Both the position numbers and the translations under genes were made by a program. Below, in pieces: positions 1-9,686 of a DNA stretch of 64,000 nt. The stretch comes from an uncultured bacterium (GTDB lineage Bacteria; Oederibacteriota; Oederibacteriia; Oederibacteriales; Oederibacteriaceae). The DNA lies in contig OZ218778.1 of the NCBI GenBank assembly GCA_965112635.1, positions 2,304,001 through 2,368,000 of the forward strand, written 5' to 3'. Numbering within the stretch: position 1 is the stretch's first letter; each line of letters opens with the position of its first letter. Below the pieces are notes generated by a model. It saw only the letters and a list, made by a program, of their open reading frames with translations. It made no database searches and had not been told where the DNA came from.

Positions 1-688
1 CAGGGGTCCCTAAAAAACTCAAGGGTTTATTTTTGTCGTCAAAATAGACCTCAGAATATGCTGCATCATGACAAACTAAAAAGTTATATTTCTTTGCCAT
101 TCTGACGACATCTTTAAAAAAAGAAGCTGGGGCCATGGCTCCCGTAGGGTTATTCGGGTAATTTAAGAACATCATGGCTGTTTTGCGAAGGATAGCTTTG
201 GGGATAGCGGCAAGATCGGGTAAAAATCCGTTGTCTTCCAAAAGCGGCATAACATAGGGAATGCCGCCGGCAAAGTAAGTGCCGGCTTTATAAACAGTGT
301 ATCCCGGATCCGGCACCAGGACATACTGGCCTGGATTTACGAATGCTAAAGGAACATGGCCAATCCCTTCTTTAGAACCGATCAACACGACCGCCTCTTT
401 TGCCGCGTCCAAATGAACACCAAACCGCTTCTGATACCAGCGGCTGATTCCTTGTCTGAGAGGCAACATCCCAACCCCTAAGGGATATTGGTGATTGGCC
501 GCATCCCAGCTTGCTTTATTTAATTCACGGATAATGGTTGGCGAGGTGGGAAGGTCGGGGTCCCCAATGCCCATATTGACGATATCAACGCCTTTTTTTT
601 GCGCCTCCGCCCTTTTTTTGTCAATTTGAATGAAAAGATAGGGAGGCAATTTTTTTAATTTTTCCGAATACTCGCAGAATTTTTTCAC
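1..688 (-). CDS. dapL: LL-diaminopimelate aminotransferase (3' part beyond window edge)
   Basis: Not in ORF track. Manual translation from GTG at 688: MKKFCEYSEKLKKLPPYLFIQIDKKKAEAQKKGVDIVNMGIGDPDLPT...VLIGSKEGIGHVP...PDPGYTVY...NYPNNPTG; class I PLP aminotransferase directly after dapB. Confidence 0.85.
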   Translation of the reverse strand, partial: MKKFCEYSEKLKKLPPYLFIQIDKKRAEAQKKGVDIVNMGIGDPDLPTSPTIIRELNKASWDAANHQYPLGVGMLPLRQGISRWYQKRFGVHLDAAKEAVVLIGSKEGIGHVPLAFVNPGQYVLVPDPGYTVYKAGTYFAGGIPYVMPLLEDNGFLPDLAAIPKAILRKTAMMFLNYPNNPTGAMAPASFFKDVVRMAKKYNFLVCHDAAYSEVYFDDKNKPLSFLGTP

Positions 689-696
689 TTTTATCC

Positions 697-1515
697 TTAA
701 TTTATCCCTAAGACTTCGTTCATGTTATAGGTTCCCCGCTTCTTGCCGTACAGAAAAATAGCCGCTTTCAATGCACCAAGCGCAAAATTATCTCTGCTGT
801 AGGCTTTGTGAGTTATCTCCAACCGTTCCCCAGGACCGGCAAAAATAACAGTGTGCTCCCCCACCACGTCACCTAACCTTACCGCATGGATGCCAATCTC
901 GCCGGGTTTACGCAGCGTCGACTGACCGTGCCTGCCATAAACAGCATTTTTTTGAATGCTCCTTCCCGTCCGCTCCGCGATGATCTGCGCGGTAGTCAAA
1001 GCCGTGCCGCTGGGAGAGTCCTTTTTCTTGTTATGATGAACTTCCACGATCTCAACTTCAAAATCTTTGAGGCCACCCGCGATCTCTCCGACCACTTTCC
1101 AAAGTAAATTGACGCCGATACTCATGTTGGAAGCGCAGAGGACAGGGATTTTTTTACCTGCCCGCTGGATCTCATTTTTTTGAGCATTGGTAAAACCAGT
1201 CGTCCCTATCACGATGGGACACTTTTTGGCCGCAGCTGTTCTCAAATCCTTCATGGAGGCCTCTGCGGCAGTAAAAGTAATGACTACCCAGCCGCGCCTC
1301 AGAATAGACGCCAAATCGTCCGTGATGATCACCCCGCGCTCCGCGGATCCAACAAGTTCCCCAGTCCATCGGCCTAGACAGGGATGTCCGGCTTTTTCCA
1401 CGGCACCAACAACCTTTAAGTTTTTATTGGCCATTGCGGACTTCAAAATAGCCTGGCCTACTCTGCCGGCTACGCCGCAAATGACGATGGGCACTTCTTT
1501 GCTTTTTTTGATCAA
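697..1515 (-). CDS. dapB: 4-hydroxy-tetrahydrodipicolinate reductase
   Basis: GVAGRVG nucleotide fold, IGTTG, EVHHNKKKDSPSGTA motif; in dap operon. Confidence 0.96.
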   Translation of the reverse strand: MIKKSKEVPIVICGVAGRVGQAILKSAMANKNLKVVGAVEKAGHPCLGRWTGELVGSAERGVIITDDLASILRRGWVVITFTAAEASMKDLRTAAAKKCPIVIGTTGFTNAQKNEIQRAGKKIPVLCASNMSIGVNLLWKVVGEIAGGLKDFEVEIVEVHHNKKKDSPSGTALTTAQIIAERTGRSIQKNAVYGRHGQSTLRKPGEIGIHAVRLGDVVGEHTVIFAGPGERLEITHKAYSRDNFALGALKAAIFLYGKKRGTYNMNEVLGIN

Positions 1516-1528
1516 TGCAGCTCCTGGT

Positions 1529-2398
1529 TTAAATTAGTTTAAAACTTTTCAAAACACTCCGTAGTTGGGCTTTATTCTCCGAAGATAACGGCGCTAAAGG
1601 CAGCCGCACCCCTTCACAACACAACCCCATCATGGCCGCAGCGGTTTTGACGGGAACCGGGTTGATTTCCAGCGTCATAGCTTTCATCAATGTTAAAAGG
1701 TGATAATGAAGGGCCCGGGCCTGCTCAACCCTGCCCTGACGGAACAAATGGACCATTTGGGACATCTGCTCCGGCACTATGTTGGCTACGACCGAAATAA
1801 TCCCTTTGCCGCCCAAAGCCATTAACGGCAGCGTCAAGCTGTCATCCCCCGATATAACATCAAATTGAGGCGGGCACAAAGAAATGATCTTGCCCATTTG
1901 GTCCAGGTTGCCGCTAGCCTCTTTGGTTCCAACTATGTTTTTGAGCTTAGTCAGAGCTAATACGGTCTCCGGTTCCATATTCACGCCGGTCCGGGAAGGA
2001 ATATTGTAGAGGATGATGGGAATGTCAACGGCCCTGGCTATTTTTTGAAAGTGCAAGTAAAGGCCTTGCTGGCTGGGCCTGTTGTAATAGGGCATCGCCA
2101 TAAGCACAGCGTCCGCTCCAACTTTTTTGGCGTGGCGGGTTAAAGCCAGGGCCTCCTCGGTGCTGTTGGAACCTGTCCCAGCTATGACGGGAATACGCCC
2201 GGCCGCGGCTTTAACAACGATCTCAATGACGCGCTCGTGCTCTTCTGGAGAAAGAGTGGGAGATTCGCCCGTGGTTCCGCAGGGCACGATCCCATCGCTT
2301 TTCCCCACATGGAACGCCACTAAATTTTTAAGCGCTTTTTCATCAATTCTTCCTTTTTTAAAAGGTGTGATAAGCGCTACCATCGACCCTTCGAACAT
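1529..2398 (-). CDS. dapA: 4-hydroxy-tetrahydrodipicolinate synthase
   Basis: GTTGESPTL, LYNIPSRTG, KEASG motifs; start moved to ATG 2398 (GGAGG RBS), track start 2413. Confidence 0.96.
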   Translation of the reverse strand: MFEGSMVALITPFKKGRIDEKALKNLVAFHVGKSDGIVPCGTTGESPTLSPEEHERVIEIVVKAAAGRIPVIAGTGSNSTEEALALTRHAKKVGADAVLMAMPYYNRPSQQGLYLHFQKIARAVDIPIILYNIPSRTGVNMEPETVLALTKLKNIVGTKEASGNLDQMGKIISLCPPQFDVISGDDSLTLPLMALGGKGIISVVANIVPEQMSQMVHLFRQGRVEQARALHYHLLTLMKAMTLEINPVPVKTAAAMMGLCCEGVRLPLAPLSSENKAQLRSVLKSFKLI

Positions 2399-2416
2399 TT
2401 CATCCTCCTGCATTAT

Positions 2417-3223
2417 TTAAATCAATATTTTACCTTCACAAATGACTCGGGCTTCTCCGGTTAATTTAACTTCCTCGAAAATATCGCCCAGCCTCCTAAA
2501 ATCCACGATCAAATCCCGGCCGCTTTGGGTCCGCACCCTGATGGCCGGCTTGAGCCCTTTCACTAAGGAAGCGATGCAGGCGCTGGCCACGGCTCCCGTC
2601 CCGCAAGCTAGGGTTTCATCTTCCACGCCTCTTTCGTAAGTTCTAATACGGATGCCGGACTTTCCCGTAGTCTTCACAAAATCAACATTCGTCCCTTTTA
2701 AACCGAATGCTTTATGAAAACGCAATATCCTGCCCAATCCCTGCACATTGATCCGCCCTACTTCTGGAACAAAAATAACCGCGTGCGGCACCCCTGAATC
2801 AATAAAATGCGCCGTGATGGTCTTGTTACCCAACCGCACCCTCATATTGAGGCGGAAGGATTCCACCGGGGGCAGGGACAATTCTACCAGGTTTTTTTTG
2901 ATCAAAGCCTGATACAAGCCGGCTTTAGTTTCAAAAACAGCCCTTTTGCCGGTCATTTTCTTGATCTCAGCGAACTTGGCCATACACCGGCCGCCGTTGC
3001 CGCACATACTTGCCTCACTGCCGTCGCTGTTAAAATACCGCATTTTAAAATCAACCTTTTTGGAACGCTCCAGCAAAAGCAGGCCGTCTGCCCCGACGGA
3101 ACGATGCCTGTCGCAGACTTTTTTAGCCAGATTGGGCCACGAACCTTTATAGACCGGCCGGCGGTTATCCATGACTATAAAGTCATTGCCGGCTCCTGCC
3201 ATTTTAACGAACGGTATCCACAT
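2417..3223 (-). CDS. dapF: diaminopimelate epimerase
   Basis: GAGNDF, MCGNGGRC and ERGVEDETLACGTGA catalytic Cys motifs. Confidence 0.96.
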   Translation of the reverse strand: MWIPFVKMAGAGNDFIVMDNRRPVYKGSWPNLAKKVCDRHRSVGADGLLLLERSKKVDFKMRYFNSDGSEASMCGNGGRCMAKFAEIKKMTGKRAVFETKAGLYQALIKKNLVELSLPPVESFRLNMRVRLGNKTITAHFIDSGVPHAVIFVPEVGRINVQGLGRILRFHKAFGLKGTNVDFVKTTGKSGIRIRTYERGVEDETLACGTGAVASACIASLVKGLKPAIRVRTQSGRDLIVDFRRLGDIFEEVKLTGEARVICEGKILI

Positions 3224-3334
3224 TTCCTCTTGCGCCCTTTCTCCAACTTAAATAGCCGTATTTTAGCACTTTTGCTTCATTAAGGTCGATTTCTGAATTT
3301 GCAGGATCGAGCAAGCGGTTCAACGCACCTGGTA

Positions 3335-4579
3335 TCAGGCCAACTTTTCACCCTTCACTAAATCCTGAAAGGCTTCTCTTTTTCTTGCCAGGATGAACCG
3401 GCGGTCTTGTACAAGAACCTCGGCGGCCCTTGGACGGGAGTTGTAATTTGAAGACATGGTAAAGCCATAGGCGCCTGCGCCCATGACAGCTAAATAATCT
3501 CCTGCGTTAACTTTGGCCAGCCGCCTGTCTTTGGCCAAAAAATCCCCTGATTCGCAAATCGGGCCGACGACATCAACGGTCTCTTGCAGAGCGCGCCGTT
3601 CTTTAAGCGGCAAAACCGCGTGATGGGCGCCATACAAACTGGGCCTGATCAGATCGTTCATGCCGGCATCCACGATCACGAATTTTTTTCCGCCATTCTC
3701 TTTGCGATAAAGGACCCGGGTCACCAGGATGCCCGCGTTCCCCACGAGATACCTGCCTGGCTCTAACAAAAGTCTCAAATGACGGCCGCGGACTTCGGCT
3801 AGGACAATTTTGGCGAATTCCCTGGCGGAAAATGCCGCTTCGTTATCGTAACCAATGCCCATTCCTCCCCCGATATTGAGGATAGACAAGGGATGGCCCA
3901 TCTGTCTGGCTTCATTAAACAAGCCCAAAACTTTCCCGATCGCTTCAGCATAAGGTTTAGGGTTCAAAATTTGAGACCCAAGATGAAAATGCAACCCGGC
4001 GACTTGAATGTATTTAGAAGCGGTCAAGTCTTTAAACAGTTTCCTGGAGTTTTTTATGGAAATGCCGAACTTGTTCCCCTTTTTTCCAGTGACGATATAA
4101 TGATGGGTATCCACGTTGACGTCAGGATTGACCCTCAGGCATATCCTGGCTTTTTGACGGCGGCGCCTAGCCGCGGTCTGTATCGCCAAAATTTCAGCCT
4201 CAGACTCAACATTGAACATCAAAATATCGGATTTCAGGGCAAAGTTGATCTCCTCAAAAGTTTTTCCAACCCCGGCATACACTATTTTTTGCGGGTCAGC
4301 GCCTACTCTAAGGACTTTGTATAGTTCCCCGCCGGAAACAATGTCAAAACCGCTGCCTATCCGGCATAAATTTTTTAATAGGGCCAGGTTGGAGTTGGCT
4401 TTCACGGAATAGCAAATAAGATGGTCTTCTGATTCAAACGCCTCGTCCAATTTCTGATAATGCTCCGCCAAAGTGCGCGAGCTATACAGATAAAGGGGCG
4501 TGCCGTATTTTTCGGCCATGGCGGCCACCCGGACATTTTCGCAATACAATTCATGGTTTTTGTAGTGAAAATAGTGCAT
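3335..4579 (-). CDS. lysA: diaminopimelate decarboxylase
   Basis: YSVKANSN PLP lysine, HLGSQ, EPGRY, GPICESGD, SNYNSRP. Confidence 0.96.
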   Translation of the reverse strand: MHYFHYKNHELYCENVRVAAMAEKYGTPLYLYSSRTLAEHYQKLDEAFESEDHLICYSVKANSNLALLKNLCRIGSGFDIVSGGELYKVLRVGADPQKIVYAGVGKTFEEINFALKSDILMFNVESEAEILAIQTAARRRRQKARICLRVNPDVNVDTHHYIVTGKKGNKFGISIKNSRKLFKDLTASKYIQVAGLHFHLGSQILNPKPYAEAIGKVLGLFNEARQMGHPLSILNIGGGMGIGYDNEAAFSAREFAKIVLAEVRGRHLRLLLEPGRYLVGNAGILVTRVLYRKENGGKKFVIVDAGMNDLIRPSLYGAHHAVLPLKERRALQETVDVVGPICESGDFLAKDRRLAKVNAGDYLAVMGAGAYGFTMSSNYNSRPRAAEVLVQDRRFILARKREAFQDLVKGEKLA

Positions 4580-4695
4580 CCCTCAACTCCCCTAAAAATC
4601 CAAGTTCTATATGGATTTGCAGGAAATATTAACACACTGATATTGAAAAAAACAGCGTGATGGTGCATAAAGGGAGGGCAACTAAATGATGGCCT

Positions 4696-5856
4696 ATGGA
4701 TCCAAAGGCCGGATGGAACCCGTTGATGCCAATTGGCAAACAAAACATATTGATGGTGGCGAGCTCAGAACAGGACGCCCTGTTGTATTATGCCACAGGT
4801 TTTATGGCGCCTGACCCCTTTGTCTTTTTAGAAACTGCGGGAGTTAAAAAGATATTTGTCAGCGAATTGGAATTTGGCCGCGCCAAAAGGCAGGCCAAAG
4901 TGGAAAAAGTGCTCCCTATATCCCAATATGAAAAAAGAGCAGCGCAAAAAAACGGCTCCTCAACGCTTCCAGCAACGATCCTCGAAATAATGCTGGAAGC
5001 CGGCATCCGGAAAATAACGGTGCCGGCGTCTTTTCCTGTCGGCTTGGCGGACAAGCTCAGGGAAAAAGGCCTGACCATTATTCCAGACAACGACCTGTTC
5101 CTGGAGGAACGATCCCAAAAAAACGCGGATGAGCTTCACGCCATTGTCCAGGTCCAACGAACCCTGGAAAAGGTCATGAAAGAGGTGGTGGAAATTCTCC
5201 GCCGCTCCAGGATACGGGGGCAAACCATTGTGTTCGAAAAGACCCCCCTGTCCTCCGAGTGGTTCCAAAAATTCATTTCAGTCCGCCTCCTGGAGCAAGG
5301 CTGCTCCGGCGCCCATACCATCGTTGCCGGAGGCGACCAATCCTGCGACCCTCACGAAGAAGGCCATGGCCTTTTGCGTCCCTGCCAGCCTATTGTTTTT
5401 GATGTTTTCCCCCGTTCCTTGACGACTTTTTATTACGCCGACATGTCCCGCACCTTCGTCAAAGGCCGTCCATCCCCGGCCCTGACAAAGCTTTTTAAGT
5501 CGGTCCTGCAAGCACAGGAATTAGCCTTGAACCTTATTAAACCCGGAATAAAAGGCTCACAGGTTCACAGGGCGGTCCATCAATTTTTTGAAAAGAGCGG
5601 ATATACGACCGGCCAGCAGGATAACAAGATGCAGGGCTTTTTTCACGGGACAGGCCACGGCGTCGGCTTGTCCATCCATGAAAATCCCCGGCTGGGGGCT
5701 TCCAACAATATCCTTAGGACCGGAGAGGTCATTACGGTGGAGCCTGGGCTATATTATCCTTTTCTCGGAGGGATCAGGTTGGAAGATATGGTCGTTGTTA
5801 CTCCCCAGGGCAGCAAAAATCTCACCCATTTCCCAAAATTTTTTGAAATACCTTGA
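4696..5856 (+). CDS. M24-family Xaa-Pro peptidase
   Basis: DMSRT, HGTGHGVGLSIHENP, TVEPGLY, GIRLED metal-binding motifs. Confidence 0.9.
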   Translation: MDPKAGWNPLMPIGKQNILMVASSEQDALLYYATGFMAPDPFVFLETAGVKKIFVSELEFGRAKRQAKVEKVLPISQYEKRAAQKNGSSTLPATILEIMLEAGIRKITVPASFPVGLADKLREKGLTIIPDNDLFLEERSQKNADELHAIVQVQRTLEKVMKEVVEILRRSRIRGQTIVFEKTPLSSEWFQKFISVRLLEQGCSGAHTIVAGGDQSCDPHEEGHGLLRPCQPIVFDVFPRSLTTFYYADMSRTFVKGRPSPALTKLFKSVLQAQELALNLIKPGIKGSQVHRAVHQFFEKSGYTTGQQDNKMQGFFHGTGHGVGLSIHENPRLGASNNILRTGEVITVEPGLYYPFLGGIRLEDMVVVTPQGSKNLTHFPKFFEIP

Positions 5857-5874
5857 TAGGGAGATCCTTCACCG

Positions 5875-7041
5875 TCATCTGGGTCCACTTTTTTGGGGAG
5901 ACACGGCGTCAATAAAATCATCAAGAAGCTTCTTCTCTTTATCGTCCAAATACATGAACTCAACGCCTATTAAATAACGCCCCTCTTTCTTCTGAAGATG
6001 GACGGATTTGGCAAAGACATCTTTTATGCTGGTTCCGTTGGGCAGGAAAATACTGGGGATATGTAAACTGTCCCCTTCATTGACCGGCACCTTGGTCACT
6101 AATAGCGCCCCGCCAGAGCTGAGATTGAGAACATGGGCTTCACCTAGCTGGGTAGACTCTTCAAAAAAAGAGATGGCCTCTATTTTGATATCAACCTCGA
6201 CTCTTCTAAATTTTCTGCGTTCTCGGCCCTTCCCCTCATCATCCGACATCGATAACTGCTCCATCAACTGCGCCACCGCTTTGGTCAACGCGTCGGTTCG
6301 GGACGAAGCATCCTGGTGGTCCTCCAGGACGGCTCCCTCGTCCTGCACTTTTAGGAGTTCTTTTATCTTCTGTTGTCCTAAATTCCGCAAGCTATCATTC
6401 TCAGCTTCCCCTGTTTTCTTCTCCATTTCGGGCTGCTGCGGGGAGGCGGGCGCAGTTGGTTCTTCGGGCATGGCGGTTTTCGATGAACTGAAGTCTGAAG
6501 GCATATTATTGTGAGTGACCAGGCTGGGACCTTGCTTTTGAGTTTCTTGGGCTGGCTCACCCTGGCTTGGATTCTCTGCAATAGTTTCTTTTTTCACCGG
6601 GGGCAAAAGCATATCGCCGGTCGACAATGTACCCGGTGTTGATGTTTCCATGCTTTCTGTTTGATTATCTTTAGTCTGCCTCTTTATCACTTGAACGGGT
6701 AATTTAAGCGCCCCTTTGCTTTCCGCGGTATTAATAAAAGCCAGGCATTCTTTAATGGTCTTGGAATAAAGGGTATTTTTGCCGTATTTGGCTTCAAATT
6801 TGTCGTATTCCTGGTGTGCCTTTACGAAATCCTTGTTAACCGCAAGCATCTTGATGCTGGTAAGGTCCTGCCGAAACCTTTGCTCTGGACTCATGCCCCA
6901 TTGCTTGCCATAAACGCGCCAAAGGATATACGCTATCCACCCTAAAACGGTGGCTGCCAATCCATAGCGGGCTGGCGGATAAATGTAGACTAAAGGCAAA
7001 AAGAACAAGAGCAGAAAGATCAGCAAACCCTGGATAAACAT
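5875..7041 (-). CDS. membrane-anchored protein with C-terminal PilZ domain
   Basis: Two N-terminal hydrophobic segments, low-complexity P/Q/E/S linker, C-terminal RRKFRR...NLSSGG PilZ signature. Confidence 0.8.
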   Translation of the reverse strand: MFIQGLLIFLLLFFLPLVYIYPPARYGLAATVLGWIAYILWRVYGKQWGMSPEQRFRQDLTSIKMLAVNKDFVKAHQEYDKFEAKYGKNTLYSKTIKECLAFINTAESKGALKLPVQVIKRQTKDNQTESMETSTPGTLSTGDMLLPPVKKETIAENPSQGEPAQETQKQGPSLVTHNNMPSDFSSSKTAMPEEPTAPASPQQPEMEKKTGEAENDSLRNLGQQKIKELLKVQDEGAVLEDHQDASSRTDALTKAVAQLMEQLSMSDDEGKGRERRKFRRVEVDIKIEAISFFEESTQLGEAHVLNLSSGGALLVTKVPVNEGDSLHIPSIFLPNGTSIKDVFAKSVHLQKKEGRYLIGVEFMYLDDKEKKLLDDFIDAVSPQKSGPR

Positions 7042-7131
7042 CTAAACTCCTTTAAAAATGAGTAAATTGAACAGCAAGTATATCACGCCCTTAAAAAAAG
7101 ATAGTTGGGCTCACATAAAAACACTGTGTCC

Positions 7132-9588
7132 TTAAATTTTCAGGTTACGCAGCCTAAGGGAATTGCCCACCACGGTCAGACTGCTTAAGCTCATAGCCGC
7201 GCTGGCGATTATGGGACTCAACAACAACCCCCAAAAGGGATATAGAATTCCAGCCGCCAAAGGCAAACATAAGGCATTGTAAAAAAAGGCCAGGAAAAGA
7301 TTTTGGCGTATGTTACGCATGGTCATCCTGCTTAAACGGACCGCCTTGGCCACTCCCCCCAGGTCGCCTTTTACTAATATTATAGATGAACTTTGGACCG
7401 CGATATCCGTTCCCCGGGCAAGTGCTATTCCCACCTGCGCTTGGGAAAGGGCCGGCGCGTCGTTGATACCGTCTCCGGCCATGGCTATGACCCGGCCTTG
7501 TCGCTGCATGCTTTCGATCAATTTAAATTTTTCCTGGGGAATTAATCCGGCATGGACTTCGGTTATCCCCAATTCTTTGGCGACCTGTTCAGCGCTGGCC
7601 TTTTGGTCGCCGGTAGCCATGATGATCTTCAACTCCCAAGCTTTAAGTTCATCAATGGCCGTTTTGGTCATCGGCTTAATGGGGTCTTCCACGATGAAGA
7701 TAGCCTGCGCTTTTCCTTGATAACCAAAACAAAACCAGGTCCGGCTTATCAAATTCATTTCGCTAACTTTTTTCTCCGCGGCCTGGGTCGCCATCTTGTT
7801 TTCTTTTAAAAAACCCAGATTGCCAATAATAACCTCTTTCTGCCCGACCAGCCCCAACACGCCTTTTCCCGGTTCGGCATGAAAAGACTCTGCTTTTCTT
7901 AAAATGACATTCTTCTCTTTGGCATATTGGACCACGGCCTGGGCATAGGGATGCTCACTCAAATTTTCCACGCCGGCGGTCAGCTCCAAAATATCTTTCT
8001 CAGCCAAATCTCCCACAGGCACTATCGCGGTCAATTTTGGCCTGCCTTCAGTCAGGGTGCCTGTTTTGTCTATGACCAAAGTGTCTGCTTTTTCCAGCCA
8101 CTGCAAAGCCGCGGCGTTCTTGACCAGGATGCCCATGCCTGCGCCTCTGCCTATGCCCACGGTCACCGCAACAGGGGTGGCCAATCCCAAAGCACAAGGG
8201 CAGGCTATTATCAGAACGGCAATGGCGTTCAATAACGCATAGGCATATCTTGGTTCAGGTCCTATCCAGGCCCAGAGTAAAAAAGTCGCGACACTGATAA
8301 CCATGACAGCCGGAACAAAAATAGCTGAAATACGGTCAGCCAGGTTTTCAATAGGCGCCTTGCTTCGCTGGGCCGCCCTGACCAGGTCCGCCATATGCGA
8401 CAGAAAAGTATCCGAGCCGATTTTTTGCACCTTGACCAGCAAGGTGCCGTTCGTGTTCTGGGTCCCGCCCACGACCTCGTCTCCCGCCTTCTTCATGATG
8501 GGTTTGGGCTCGCCGGTGACCATGGATTCGTCCACATAACTTTCACCGGAAAGAACCAAGCCGTCCAAAGATATCCTTTCGCCCGGCCTGACCCGCAGGC
8601 TTTCCCCTACTTGGATTTTCTCGATCTCTTTTTCTTGTTCTGTCCCGTTTTCCAACACGACAAATCCTGTTTTTTCCGTCAGGCCAAGCAGCCCCCGGAT
8701 GGCGCTTCCTGTCCTATGGATGGCCTTGAGTTCTAATATCTGGCCTAAAAGAATTAGGGAGATGATCACCGCCGCGGACTCAAAATAAACCGGGGGCAAG
8801 CCGTTTTGCCCGCAAAAAGAAGCTGGGAAAATCCGCGGCACCAGCGTGGCCAGGACACTGTCCAGGTAGGCCACACCCGTCCCTAAACTTATCAAAGTGA
8901 ACATATTGAACCTGGCTTTGAGTATCCCCCTCCATCCCTTAAGAAAAAATGGCCAACCTCCCCACAAAACAACCGGGGTCGCCAGAGCCAGTTGGATCTG
9001 GCCGGAACTAGTGGAGCGCAGCAGGGCAGCCCCCAACATGGACATGGCCATTAAGATCAAAGTCAGCCCTAAACATATCCAAAATCTCCTGGTCATGCTT
9101 AAAAGTTCCGGGTTGATGTCTTCCTGGCCGCCATAGGCCATAGGCTCCAAAGACATTCCGCATAACGGGCAATCGCCAAACTGGCTTTGTTCAATTTCCG
9201 GGTGCATGGGGCAGGTAAACGGCCCTGCAATGCCCTGTTTTTCGCTCTCAAATGGGCTGTTTTGAGTGTATTTCCCTGGTTCAGCCCGAAACCTGTTCAA
9301 ACAGTGTTTTGAGCAGAAATAATAGGTTTTATTGAGGTAAATGGTGCTGGCCCTGGCTAAAGCAGGCGCGACATCCATGCCGCAAACAGGGTCTTTGGCC
9401 AACAGCGTATTCTCGCTATTTTTATCAACGAGAAATTGTTCGGGATGTTCTTCAAATTCCACAAGGCAGTGTTTACTGCAAAAGTAATAGGTCTTCCCCT
9501 GGTAGACAAAACTTCCGGCGGCCAGAGCCGGCGCGACATCCATGCCGCAAACAGGGTCTTTGACTGTTATTTGTTTTTTGGGGTCCAT
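7132..9588 (-). CDS. copA: P1B-type Cu(I)/Ag(I)-translocating ATPase with two YHS domains
   Basis: 2x [40 protein letters not shown] and MSLSS transmembrane motifs. Confidence 0.9.
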   Translation of the reverse strand: MDPKKQITVKDPVCGMDVAPALAAGSFVYQGKTYYFCSKHCLVEFEEHPEQFLVDKNSENTLLAKDPVCGMDVAPALARASTIYLNKTYYFCSKHCLNRFRAEPGKYTQNSPFESEKQGIAGPFTCPMHPEIEQSQFGDCPLCGMSLEPMAYGGQEDINPELLSMTRRFWICLGLTLILMAMSMLGAALLRSTSSGQIQLALATPVVLWGGWPFFLKGWRGILKARFNMFTLISLGTGVAYLDSVLATLVPRIFPASFCGQNGLPPVYFESAAVIISLILLGQILELKAIHRTGSAIRGLLGLTEKTGFVVLENGTEQEKEIEKIQVGESLRVRPGERISLDGLVLSGESYVDESMVTGEPKPIMKKAGDEVVGGTQNTNGTLLVKVQKIGSDTFLSHMADLVRAAQRSKAPIENLADRISAIFVPAVMVISVATFLLWAWIGPEPRYAYALLNAIAVLIIACPCALGLATPVAVTVGIGRGAGMGILVKNAAALQWLEKADTLVIDKTGTLTEGRPKLTAIVPVGDLAEKDILELTAGVENLSEHPYAQAVVQYAKEKNVILRKAESFHAEPGKGVLGLVGQKEVIIGNLGFLKENKMATQAAEKKVSEMNLISRTWFCFGYQGKAQAIFIVEDPIKPMTKTAIDELKAWELKIIMATGDQKASAEQVAKELGITEVHAGLIPQEKFKLIESMQRQGRVIAMAGDGINDAPALSQAQVGIALARGTDIAVQSSSIILVKGDLGGVAKAVRLSRMTMRNIRQNLFLAFFYNALCLPLAAGILYPFWGLLLSPIIASAAMSLSSLTVVGNSLRLRNLKI
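9365..9562. repeat. 33-nt perfect direct repeat in tandem YHS domains (9365-9397 and 9530-9562)
   Basis: ggcgcgacatccatgccgcaaacagggtctttg occurs twice, 165 nt apart (in frame). Confidence 0.9.
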
Positions 9589-9686
9589 AGTCTTATTTTA
9601 CAACATTATGGCAACACAACCAGAATATTAAGCGACAAATTACTGGATTTCGTGGATGGATGAACGGAAGGAACTTGCCTGGAATT

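Noticed and set aside
4580-4695. Lysine riboswitch upstream of lysA
   Set aside because: The 116-nt divergent interval is too short and lacks L-box motifs
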